This document shows, one piece after another, positions 14,328 to 26,126 of a DNA stretch of 64,000 nucleotides; positions within the stretch are counted from its first letter, which is position 1, and the number at the start of each line of letters is the position of its first letter. The position numbers and the translations under genes were made by a program. Below the pieces are notes generated by a model that saw only the letters and a list, made by a program, of their open reading frames with translations, was not told where the DNA came from and searched no databases. The stretch lies in NCBI GenBank assembly GCA_964199315.1, contig OZ116707.1:310001-374000 (forward strand), written 5' to 3'. Origin of the DNA: Orbicella franksi. Lineage: Eukaryota.

Positions 14328-16072
14328 CTAATCTTCATTGTGGAACCATATTTGTTCTACATCGCTGGAATGTCCAACTGAATAGTTTTCCAGCCCGCTA
14401 AGATGAATTAAGTTATCCCGTTGCCCTGAAGTAGGCAATGCGATTCCACATTTCTCAAAAGAACAAACAATTGTTTCTTGTAGGCAACAAGAAGTTTCTT
14501 GCCAAGCTTGGCCCATCCATTTGGTAAAAAAGATCCTTCTCTCACTTGCAGTTAATCTTCCTGTCAAAAACTGATCGGGATTTCGGGTCATGGCTTCTGT
14601 TGCCAGGCGATCCACAGCTTTCTTGAATTCGCTGTTGACTGCGACATCCAGGGGCTGAACATTACTTGTAGCTCCTGGTGGAACTAGCACCAGTGTGGTC
14701 TTGCATTCATTTTGGAGGATATCCTTCACCTTCTTCGTCGTTTGTGCTTTCTGTTGCTCATACACAAGAAGCCTGGATCTTCTCTTGTTTGTGCCAAAGA
14801 AGGTACTCTGAGAATTCCACAAATGTCTCACCCAGTATATATTTCTTCATCGCACCATGCGTTCTCCTGGAATTTTACGACAACGCATGAGTCATACTGT
14901 TTCAGTTCTTTATCAGGGATTCGCTTTCCTGTCCCCTTGAATATCAGAAGGCGCTTTATCCGTGGTTCTCCATCTGCGAATACAGTCAGCTGCACAGTAC
15001 ATTGCCATTTTTCATGGCCACTGCCAGTGGTTTGGCTCCAGTCCGTCTCTTCTCCTTTTGTCTCGTAAGTCACCCCTTTTGTGTTAAAGCAAAATTCTAG
15101 GGGTGTCTGATCCATGTTGGCGATGTCGCTCAAATTCCAAGGACCAATAATGCCATCTTGTTTATCAGCTAGCTCTTGCTTTGTCTTGATTGCCATTTGG
15201 TGAATATATCTGTGAAACTACTGGATGTTTACGTGCAGAGCCTCTGGGTGGCTCTGGGCAACATTTGTTGGCCTTCGAAGAGATATATCAAAACGGGTTT
15301 TGAATCGAACAAACCAACGGTCAGACATTTTAAAGTCTGCATCAGGATATTTTTCTCTCATTATTTCTTTGCATCTGTTTCTAAACCACCACTCTTTGAC
15401 TTTGATGCCTTTACTTCGTAAATCTTTGAACTCACTGTACAGCTGCTTCTCCATTTCCGGATAAGAAGCCTGCCTACCAGCACCTGGCTTTCTGGACTTT
15501 CTTGGGTCATTCCGCAGTTTAAGTTCTTGAGCAATCCAAGGGTTGTAGGTGTTCGACTTCAGATGAACTTGATATCATTCTGTGAACTCTCTGGCTGCTT
15601 TGGCCTTGTTTTTGTACTTCTTATACAAATTGATAAATTCTAGCTTCTGTTCACGAGTCCACTGTTTCCTCGTGTGAAACTGTTGCTTTGGCTGTTCGGC
15701 TTGTCCAGTCTTCTGAGTGGCTTCAGAGTTCTGGCTAGCTTCTGAGTTCTGTTTGTCTTCAGAGTTCTGACTGGTGTCTGAGTTCTGGCTAGCGTCTGAG
15801 TTCTGGCTGGCGTCTAAGTTCTGGCTAGGTTCAGTGTTTTGACTTGCTGGAAATGAATGCGACTCTGGCGTGGTATCATTGTCCTTGTTGTCTATTTCGG
15901 GCCTTTGTAATTGTTGGCATGTCAGGCAAACTCCTACCTGTTTCATCGGTCTGTACTCAACTTCATTCACCGTTTGAGCTGTTTCAGGAGCACACAACGC
16001 ACACACAGATACTTTGCATTTCATACACTTATACTTAGTGACCCTTTCACAAACTGAGCATGTTTCTTCCAT
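14328..16072 (-). pseudogene. pogo transposase with N-terminal Cys-rich zinc finger and SQN repeats (frameshifted)
   Basis: MEETCSVCERVTKYKCMKCKVSVCALC...VGVCLTC; 18-bp ASQNSD tandem repeats; HTH TREQKLEFI; CENP-B-like FKMSDRWFVRFKTRF; NMDQTPL; VQPLDVAVN. Confidence 0.85.
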
Positions 16073-16146
16073 TATGAATTTTGTTGTGCAAAGGCGCGGA
16101 CCAAAGGTCACCTGTACAGCATGTGACTTGATTCCTAAACGAACAA

Positions 16147-16685
16147 TGAACCATTGTGTAACCTTGTGTCACGCATGCGACTCGTCTTTGCGCACAGAAC
16201 AGTTCAGACAGTTATACTACACGTACGTACAAAATCGAACTACAACTCCAGACATTTTGGCTGCTGCATTCAAGCATCTCTGTACCATCAAGTCACAGAT
16301 AACAGGAAATCATATATACAGAGCCAACCCACGAATTAATTCAACATGTGCTTGCTATCCTGAGCCAGAAAATCCTCATTCAGCGCATGCCATTGTCGTC
16401 AGAATGAAAGATAGCACAATGAACGCAGTAGAGCAAACAGTGGGGCACATTCCCGATTCTCTGGCTGAAGTTCTGTTTCAGCCATTAGTGGATGGCAATA
16501 TTTCTATTAGTTCCAAGATTACTGGACAATCCAGGAGTGCTCAAGAAGGCACTTGGGTCCATGGAGGAGGACTGGAGATTCCTTGTTTTCACGTAGTTTT
16601 CATCAAAAGTGGCCTTCCAGATTTAAAGAAGACATTGAAGGAAAAACTCTCTGCTCTCAAGCGAAATGCGGATGGAACAGCCTGA
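16147..16685 (+). CDS. HIRAN-like domain protein carried by pogo element 2
   Basis: Open frame ...ITGNHIYRANP...CYPEPENPHSAHAIVV...VGHIP...KITG...GGGLEIPC. The ATG at 16147 is divergent from the transposase ATG at 16072. Confidence 0.7.
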
Positions 16686-19405
16686 GTGCGGGACTGATCA
16701 AAGGAGTGAAACATTTGAACAGTAAATATTTGTGATTTAATTTCATACTTACATATAAGGGCTGTATGTGCCAGATACGGTATGATCAGAGTCAAATAAT
16801 ATAGTATTTAGTTCCCGTATAATATGAACACTACTTTTCATTGTTTTGTACACACGTTTGGCGCCTTTTTTGTTACAGTATGCTTTGGTAATAAATACGT
16901 AATGCCTGATCGCAGGTTAATACGTAACCTGAATGACCTTTTCATATGTATCATGTAACGTGTCTTCTTTGTGTGAAATGACTGCCCAATTACAAACGTT
17001 TTTTAACCATCCGAAAGTAACAGCTACCCAAAAGTAAGGGCTACCCGAAAGTAGCGGCTCCTTGGGTCTGCTAAATCCAAAAGTAATGGGGGCCGTTACT
17101 TTCGGAATTCTACGGTATCTGTATCATTGATTGTATCAAACAAGGTTGATATCTGACTATAGGAAAAGCTGAGAGTTATTTATAAACCACTGTTTTACTG
17201 TTTTGCAGTTGGGGAGGGTCACAATTTTTTATTTGAGTTTTTGGAGGGTCAATTTTTTTAAACCCTTTATGGGGGAGGGCCACAACTTCTTGGCCAAACT
17301 TTTTCTCAGTTTAGTGGCCCTCCCCCCCCCCCCAGTAAATAATGACCAGTCCCTTAACCATTTTTGGTCACTTATCAGAAATACAATTTCTTTTGAAGCT
17401 TAGAAGATTTTTTCCACTTGCTTTCAGCTGGATGCTTTGAACAGATTTTATCAATAAATATAATTTCTAGTTAAACTGCTGAGGTGCTGTCTGCAAAATA
17501 TAATTTGAATATATACTCAAGAGTGCTTAAAATTAGCAGTCATCTTAGGTTATAAGCTAATCAAAGTATTTGTAAATTTATAGGCCCTACAAAAAGAGCA
17601 GCTCTGGCTAATTGTGACAACATTGTGGAACAAGCTTTGCCTTCAGCAAAAATCCAGCAACACTATGAAGAAATTCCTGACAGTTGTAGACAGGCTGTCC
17701 TAGGTTATGTAACTCATTACGAGGAAGTCCAACAGGTAAGCTATCTTTTGACTAACATTTTTTTGCTATTACTGCCAAAATGGATTACTCCACTAACAAG
17801 GTTCATAGGGTCATGACAAACCTGGAATTATAATTACATTTTCCAGGCCTGAAAAGTCATGAAACAGAAGTGTGGGTCATTGAAAGTCATTGAATGTTGT
17901 GTTATGATACACATAGACGTGATCCCTAGAGATTAGATACTGAATGAACAATTGACAATAACCTATTGATTGAGAGTCACGTGAATAGTACCTTGTGCAA
18001 TCTTGTTAAAAACTGCTCTGCTAGAATAAAGAAGTAGAATCGACACTGAATCGAGTTATCTGGTGATTCCTGTTAGCAATTCACAGATAACATAACATTG
18101 AAAAGCAAGATATTTTCTGAGAATTAAAAAAGAGCAAACAGATCAAAAGCTGAAAAAATAAGACAGGTCAGAAAACTGGTTTTAATCCCAGTAAAAAATA
18201 AACACCAGCTAGCAAGCATGCTATGTGTTATAATGTGGGAGAACACAGGGCTTGAAAGAAGTGCTGCACAGTTGTCTAGGACAAGTAAATTTGTACATGT
18301 TTCACATGAACTCCCATGGTGTGATAAATAATATTGTTTCTCACAGTGATTAACATTTTAGTACACTGAAGTCCACACACTCAGATAGTATCAATTAGCT
18401 TTTTTACACTAGGTGTTTCTGAATGTTTCAGATTAGCTGAACAATGATCAGTGAGGGTATCAAGAATATGTTCTCAGCAAGCTATTAAATATCTGCCATA
18501 CCCTTTTCTGATTACTAATATTTGTTGTCTTGAAAAAATCCCTGTTGTATCTGAAGACAATTTTAAACAGTGGCACATTTACAACAGACTTTGGGTCAAG
18601 ACAGGAGGAGAGTGTTTCCCTGAGAGAGGCAAAAGGTTAGGTAGAGCACAGTGAAAAGTATTTGCAGCATGTTATATTGAGCATTCTATAAAGCAGCTTA
18701 ATGTAGATTGAAATTTAATAGCTAAAAGAACGGGAAATAATTTATGGTAAAATGAAACACAGACAAGTTAAAGAAATTAACTCTGAAGAACTTTAATTGG
18801 ACTTCTCACTGTTTGTCTTTGAATAATGTCAGTTGATTCAGATGTTATAAACAAACTTCGAGACTAATGGCTTGTTTGTTTGGTGGAGTGACTATTATTG
18901 GTAAACATTTAAAATAGATTGCATTAATCATATAGCTGGTAAACTCTTCATCTGTCCAGATTTTATTTGCATACATAAATTGTTATAATTTGGTATGCTG
19001 ATTGTACATGTTCACTCAGCTTTGTTTTTAATGTTTTTAGATCTCAAGAAGTTCCTTGATGAATCCAATGACAAAACAGCTAAAAGGCAGGTTGAAATTG
19101 AACAGAAGTTTCTACAAAGTGAGCAGAGTGTATCTTGTTTGAAGCCTCCCAGAAAAAAGAAGAAACTGAATGCCCAAAGCAAAAAGATGCAACTGAGAAT
19201 TGTATGGCACGACTGGCAGCACAATTACAGTAGGATCATTTTCAACAGGTTGGTACATGTGTTTAGTTGTTCAGTTGTCTTTCTAGGTTAGCTGACTGGC
19301 TTTCCTTGTTGTCATCAGTTTTCATCTGACTCTCTCTAAGTGATTATAATTCAGAGAAACATTCAGCCTTAGGTCTTGTTAATGCGCTCTTTCTTAAGAC
19401 ATTAA

Positions 19406-20848
19406 GGTTACCGTATACCTTCAGGGGTGTCTCGCTTCCAAGCGATGTAGCACGTCCGGTTTAAGCGGGAGATACCTAGACCCCTATATCAAATTAAAGC
19501 TTGTAGAGCTGGCTATCAAACTATACCAAGAATTTTGCAAACAAATGAATTGCCGATTTTTTTAGGCCCACTAAATGCGAGCGCTCTAATCACCTTTTGG
19601 AAGCTACAAGTCAAAGCAAATTTTGTTTTTCACCAATTTATTTTTTTGCCCGGTTTCAGGACAAAAAGCACTAAAAAAGCGTGTCTGCGTTTTGCCATAT
19701 TCAATTGCAGTAAAAAGTTACAGAACATTTTCAAAATAGGATTTAAAAAGTGTGAAGTGATCATACAAAATCGCTCTCGGAGAAAAAATATTTCGATATA
19801 AACAATTTGCAGACACGTCTTTGTTTACTATGTTAATCGAGCTACTGTCCAAATTTAAGGGCAATCAAAGAAATTCCCTTTGAGTTGTAACTCTTTAAAG
19901 TGTCTGCTTCAAGCGAAAAAATTTATTCAAGAAAACAGCGCTAAGAAAAATCTCTTGCTTCGCAAACAAAATCCGCCCACAAACGCCTTCAACTGGGTTC
20001 TCAGATCACTGCGCCAATCAGCGTTTGGAAAGTTTTTTCCTGCAGTGAAATTTACGTGTGAATCTCCAAAACACCCAAGGCGGATCAAGAGATAATTTTT
20101 CTGTAGCTTGGTTTTTCTTGAAGCTGGTCTGGCAAAATAGGGAAGACGGAAAAGGATATGAACACTAGAGTGGCTGGACGAAGAAAACAAACAAAAGAAA
20201 GCACGGCAGAGCAAATATGCATGGATAATATTCCAATGGATCTCAATGAGTCTGACGATTCATATTCATCGGTATCGGACTCAAAAGAAGAGTCACTGTA
20301 AAAATCGCTGTTATCACTGTTATCGCTGTCAAATTCCCAAAGTTTTACAGAACCTTTCTCTTCTCTTGACTTGATCTTTTTGCCTGCTTCATACGATAGC
20401 CATAGCTTCATCCGCAAGGCCAATTTTCATTTCTTCACTCCGAGATGTATTTTCATTCGTTGTTCGCTGTTTTCACTTTTTGAAACTGGTCTACGGAGTT
20501 TTCCGTGGTCTGCGTTTACTTATGACTTGATAGAATTACACCTAATATGAAAAATGCTTCGATTAACAATGCTGATCAATTGAGTAGAGGTGAGTAGCCA
20601 CCCAATTCGTGGTATCCATATAGGTGACATTCCCGTGAAAGTCGTCTCGGTTGACTGCAGACGCGTTATAAGGCTGTCAATCAAGAGGGAACTTTTACTT
20701 CCAGCCATAACGTAAAACCTGCATTTCTCTGCCAATATTTAGTTTTTTTCATTTTTTTTTCAGAAATTAGAGATTACTCTTCGACCATTACCTTTACCCA
20801 AAAATCCAAATTTGAAGAAAATTGCCAATCTGAAGGTATACGGTAACC
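19406..20848 (-). mobile_element. Non-autonomous Kolobok-like element
   Basis: TIR GGTTACCGTATACCTTCAG / CTGAAGGTATACGGTAACC with TTAA TSD (19402-19405 and 20849-20852). Minus-strand acidic ORF remnant at 20085-20423. Confidence 0.8.
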
Positions 20849-23761
20849 TTAAGCTCTTTGTTAAGAGATTATTTATTGTTAATGTTGGGGCAGTGATGTT
20901 AATTAATGGTCAAGTATAATTTGTGTATAGCTACTGGCCTAAATGAGCTATGCACACATAAGACATTCTGAGCTTAACAATTATTAAACTAAGGGTTGTG
21001 ATCACAATATTAATCTAACTATAATACTTGTTAGGCTCCATTGTGATCTCCATTAAAATAGTCAGATTTAAAATAGTTACACAATCATCTGGTTTTTGAT
21101 ATCTTAGTGCTATTCATATGGAGTTGTTTTTTATTAGTTATAACTTTTATTTTCATTTTGAAGGTGTTTCTAGATTGGAATGACTTAAGTCTTGTTATTC
21201 GAAGCAGTGTTTGAGAAGGATGAAATGGAGCAAATAGACATACATGATACTAAGGTATTAATAATTATTACATAGTAGCTGTGAATATGGTTTATGTTAG
21301 ATTGCATTTGCACAGCTACTTGTAACTATTAATACTTACTAGCCATTTTTATTTCTACACAATGACTTCTTAATATTTCAGTGTCATTCAATATATAGGC
21401 ATTAATTCTGGTAGTGAATTGTAAGTTGTTTCAAACATAAAGCATGTTCTTCTTTGTTGCCTCAATTATTAAATGAATAACACAGAAACTCACTCTCGAA
21501 TCATGTGTTTGGGATCAGGCAGTTTATTATAATCCTACACATACAAGCAACACAGAAAATGACTCTGCTAATTACAATCTTCAAACAAACTATGATAACA
21601 CTAGAGGTCCATCGAGAGCCTGTACAATATAATTATAAATACATAAATTACAAAGATTATAAACATAACGAACATCATTACTGCCATGGATGTGGGTGGG
21701 TGGGAAAGCTAATGCTGGTAACTTGAAAAAGCACAAATAGTAGATAGCTATTGCACTATTGCTAGAATGATACTGATGTATGCTAGATCCTAAACTACAT
21801 GACATACTAAGTATTAAGCAATACTACAGTTATTTTACTCTAAAGTATGTAGTGGAATTTTATTGGCTTGCTATAGTCTTATGACTTTGCTAAAAGTTGC
21901 TCAATGGACTAAAATAAGGCTGTGACTTTTGTGTGCACCCAGCTGTGACACTAATGAGTGGTTGTCATGTCTGGATTCATATTAATGGTATTAATATTCA
22001 ACAATAATTTTTTTGTCATGTAGTGCAAGTTGTGTGGTTTGCTTCTGTGTCACCTGTTTGGAGTGACACTTGGAATAGGAGACTATTCTCACCTCACTGT
22101 GGAACACAGTGCAATGTTGCTCCGGCAACATGGCTCTTTCTGCAAATTTTCAAATCAAGGATTTGAGGCAAAACACAAAGACAATAGATGTACTTACTCT
22201 CGGGCCACCAATCATGATTCCTCAGGAGAAGGCCAGTCAAGTGAGTCACAATTTAACAATTATTGTTTCTCCCAGACTTTGACAACCATGCTCAAAGATG
22301 AGCTTCATGATTTTTCAGTAACTCAGTTAACTATAATTGATTCATCTATAACACATGGACAAGATCTTGAAGGGATTAGGCTTTTATTACATGTCAAACA
22401 AAATTTGCACTATGCTAAATAAGGAAATAATTTTCCTGTCTGATGCAATAATGATGGACGCTGTTTCTTCTCAGTTTAGCCTGAATCAGACTGGATATTA
22501 ATTCTTTAACATTGGTAACTTGTACACTATGTTAAAAGTGTTTGTTTGCTTCTTTTAGTCCATCAAATTTTGACACACTTGTCTGCAGAAAAACTCCTTT
22601 GGATAAAGCTCCAATTTGTTCAAGCTCTTCAGTGCCTAGCAACAGGTAAAACACTTTTTATAAATTATAAAATTGTGAAAAAATCACAACACAAGGTATA
22701 TGTGTACATCTGTAGCATTTCCCTAGTGAGAGACTAAATGCTCCTGAAGCCCATTGTAACTTGAAGTTAAAAAATACCTGCAAGTAAAACCACAACATTA
22801 ACAATAAAAATTAGAAATCTTTGCTTAAACATTCCGTTCTCTCTTATCTAGGAAAAAAATTTTCATTTCTCGGCAGCAGATGGAGTAAGCGGACATTCTG
22901 CTGGTCTCAGGAGGATGAGGTTTGGATTGATGTTATTGTTGATCTTTTTGTAAAGCTCTTTGGCAAAGATTACCTAAACTACACCTACAGTAAAGACCAT
23001 GGGACACATGTAACAGAAGTGTCAGACCCCAGGAAGAGCTTTACCTATGTCCATGACAAGTGGGAGGAATCGTATGAGACAGTCTGCCAAGAGAGAGCTG
23101 TAAGTTTGCAAGCAAGATGATCAGCAAATTTGTTAAAACAGCTTGCTGATACCATGGTTAAACAGCCTGAAGCAGAGTTGAATGATCTAGATGGTGTTGC
23201 TCCACTTCAGACTGAGCCACTGCCTTGTGTCTCGAACAACGAAGAACCAAAGACAGCAGATGTTCCAGTCCTCCATTGTAGTGATACTGTTGTAGAAGCC
23301 TCCTCTCTGCCTGGTACAGAAACAAGGCATCGTTCAAATGATGTAGAAGAGGTGGCCAGAAGTGAAATTTGCTCCCCAGTTGCCCCACTACCAAGATGCA
23401 GGAGGAAGCTAGCAATAAAGCATGGGTTGCTTTTAAGTATCTCTGTCCTATACCAGATTTCAGCAAGAGGGATATTTCAAGGCCCAGAATCTGCCTTTGT
23501 AGATAACTTGATGGATGGTTCAGTTGCATTCGAAGGTTGCAAAGTAATTGATTCAAGGGATCTTGTTGCTTTGAGAGGCAGTAGGCCCACATCGGAGGAA
23601 AACTACCTGACAAACTTTGTCATTGAAAGTTATCTTGATCTGACTGCCAAACAAGGTGCACTCCAAGGATCAAAAGTGGAATGTATTGGTTGGGAATGTT
23701 TTGAGAAAGCAGTGGGGAGACAGCCATCTAAAGATGTGCTTACACATAATGCACCCCTGTT

Positions 23762-26126
23762 GGAGGATCCCCTATACTTTTTTCGTGATGTGTGAATGGG
23801 CGTTTTTTCTTTGCATGAAGCGTGAATGAGGATTTATTTTTTCCATGATTCGTGAATCTATATTTTTCCGTCCTCGGGAAACTGGTTTTCGATTTTTTCA
23901 GTGATCCGTGAAAAATGCATTTACTTTTGCATGATTTGTGAACCATTGACTTTTCTGGGAATAATTTTTCAGATTTTTGGAGATTTTAGCGTCATAAAAG
24001 CTCGTAACCTACCCCAAACTGGATGTAAAAAGTGTGACGGCCTGCCTTTCTTGACATCTCTCGACGCGCGTGAGGATGGAGGACTGAGAACTAACCACAG
24101 CAACAGTGAACCAGGAGGGCCTAGAATCTAGTCTGTCACGCTGTGTCACACACGCGGGGTATCACGCCATTTCGATCGCGAAAAGGCAGAAAATGGAGGG
24201 TTCTGCAGAAAAGGTGAGTTAATCTGTCAGTATCCACACTATCCAGCCTTAACTGATGTCTGCTCAACCATCGCTTCGATGTCATAACCGAAATAAGTCT
24301 ACAAAGTGTTAATATGTCTTTTGGATTCTTTCTTTTGCCTTCACGAAGGTAGCATTTGCATATTTTATTCATTTTGTCATCTTTATTGCTTGGTGACCTT
24401 GTGCATGACCTAGCTGCAGTCTGCATTGTCAACCTTTGTAGATAGTGTCTCTGTAACCTCTGTAAGATGCTGTAAGAACAAAAATTATTTAGACATCTTT
24501 GGATGTAATAATGCATCAAAGTGCATGTAAACAGTGCTATTTTTCCCAAAAATCTCAAATATGTTCACCACTCGATCCCAGTTCTAGTTGCGATGAAGTG
24601 TATGAAAACAAATCCTATATTTCAGGTTTTTCTCCAGTCCTGTTGGTTTTTATATTTGTATTTGTCAATTTTTATATTTTGTATTTGTCAATTTTTCTTT
24701 ATGGTCTTTTATGATGTAAAAGTGTACAGTACAGGCTAAACCTACAATTCCTGAAATTCTGTGGAACCAATTGACAAAGCCTAAAAATAATTAAAATATT
24801 GCTTATTTGTTTCTTTTGGCATTAATTGAGCAAAACACCTGACATTAACCACAATGATTAAATACCTCCTTTGAAAAGAACAAGATAATTAGCTAAACAA
24901 AACAAAAATTAAATTTCGATAAATAGAAAATTGAATAAAAATATCAAATGGTGTCAAATCTGCTGGCTGATCCTTTCTGAAAGGCATGCATGCACTGAGA
25001 CTAGGATTTGATTTGAATCATTTGTCTGATCAAGCCGTACTTGAAAATAACTATGTAGTATTTATGTAAGCCTTTAGCCTATAATAATTAATTTTAAAAG
25101 TTGATATTTCTTTGATATTCTAGGAGAAAGATGACATTCCTGTTAATATTTTGTTGTGGGGGTATCTCAAAGGTCAGAGTGAGCCAGCCTTTAAAGAGAA
25201 GTCTAAATTGGAAATTCCACCTGATACTTTTGACAACATCAGTATGGTTAGTTTACCAAAATGTGATCTGATTTACTTTTTTGGACTGAAAAAATGCAGT
25301 GTAATTATTTACTGTTTTATTTTTTCAGCATCCATTCTAGTTACCAAAGTTTTTAACCAGAGGCTTGGGCCTGAAAGAGCTTGCAATGTCAAGAGGGCTT
25401 GAGGCTTGATGAGCGTGAGGTTTCCATACCTCTAAACTTGTTACAGTTATAGAAGAAAGTAAACAATGTTTTAATGGTGTTAACATGCCTGCTTAATTCC
25501 TTGTATAAAGTAAAGTCATGGACTTATTCAAGTGCTACAGTACTATACAATTAATTTTAGTCCGAGAGTATGATAAATGACCATAAGGTTTCCATAGTTT
25601 AATTTTACAGTTACATTACAATCAAAAGAATGTTTTGTTGCCGAAAAAATGTCTGCCATGGTATCAATAAAACATGTGTCCATGACTTTTTATCTGAGAG
25701 CCCGCTTAAATACAGCTCAATACGGACACCCTGATAATACGGACACTTTGGCATGTCCCCTTGGTGTCCATGTTAACGGGGTTCCACTGTACATGCATAA
25801 TACCCAATCCACAAAAGATCTAGGCATGCTGACGACAAGAGAGTCTGAAATTATCAAAATATGGCCATGTGTAGCTATATCTACTGTGGTACATTCAGTA
25901 TTGCCAGATACATTTTTGTAATGATTGTATTTGTATGTTTTGCAAAACGTGAATAGAATTTGCATTTTTACGTGAAACATGATTTAGCCTTTGCATTTTC
26001 ACGTGAAACATGATTGCTTACTTTTTTCTGTGAACGTGAAGCTGTTTTTCGAATTTTTCGTGATGCGTGAAAAGGCCAATTACTTTTGCATGAAACTGTT
26101 TTCAGAAGAGGTATAGGGGACCCTCC
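23762..26126. mobile_element. Unclassified 2.37-kb TIR element
   Basis: TIR GGAGG(A/G)TCCCCTATAC at both ends. TSD is TGTT (4 bp) or, equally consistent, CTGTTG (6 bp) with GAG termini. Removing it restores APLLQQDIDL. CGTGAA subterminal repeats; internal spliced-looking remnants near 25126-25400. Confidence 0.88.
25711..25791. repeat. Short pogo/Tigger-type MITE fragment
   Basis: TACAG...GGGGTTCCACTGTA termini with internal CGGACAC repeats. Confidence 0.45.

Larger units (their letters stand above)
13813..17115 (-). mobile_element. pogo-family DNA transposon 2 (two genes)
   Basis: Perfect TIR CCGTAGAATTCCGAAAGTAA / TTACTTTCGGAATTCTACGG, TA TSD (13811-13812 and 17116-17117), subterminal CCGAAAGTAAC repeats. 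Confidence 0.93.
8787..17130 (+). pseudogene. Zator-like transposase, multi-exon, N-terminally incomplete, split by two pogo insertions
   Basis: Exons from 8787. LTDAGPG (D at 9361) to SGQNEAER (E at 9493) gives D-x43-E; the splice joins AAIG to DALADG. The reading frame resumes across the insertions at 11123/13327 (NWTLMYRKGSL..LTVSSLDLY) and 13812/17116 (TTKSGRTCRIWKGRY-LYH*). Long Asp/Glu-rich tail at 13480-13750. Confidence 0.7.
8017..17353 (+). mobile_element. Zator-like DNA transposon (9.3 kb including two nested pogo elements)
   Basis: TIRs GGGACTGGTCATTATTTAC-T-GGGG (8017) and CCCCAGTAAATAATGACCAGTCCC (ends 17353). Flanks CTA and TTA fit a TWA TSD with one substitution. Contains a DDE transposase with D-x43-E. 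Confidence 0.75.
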
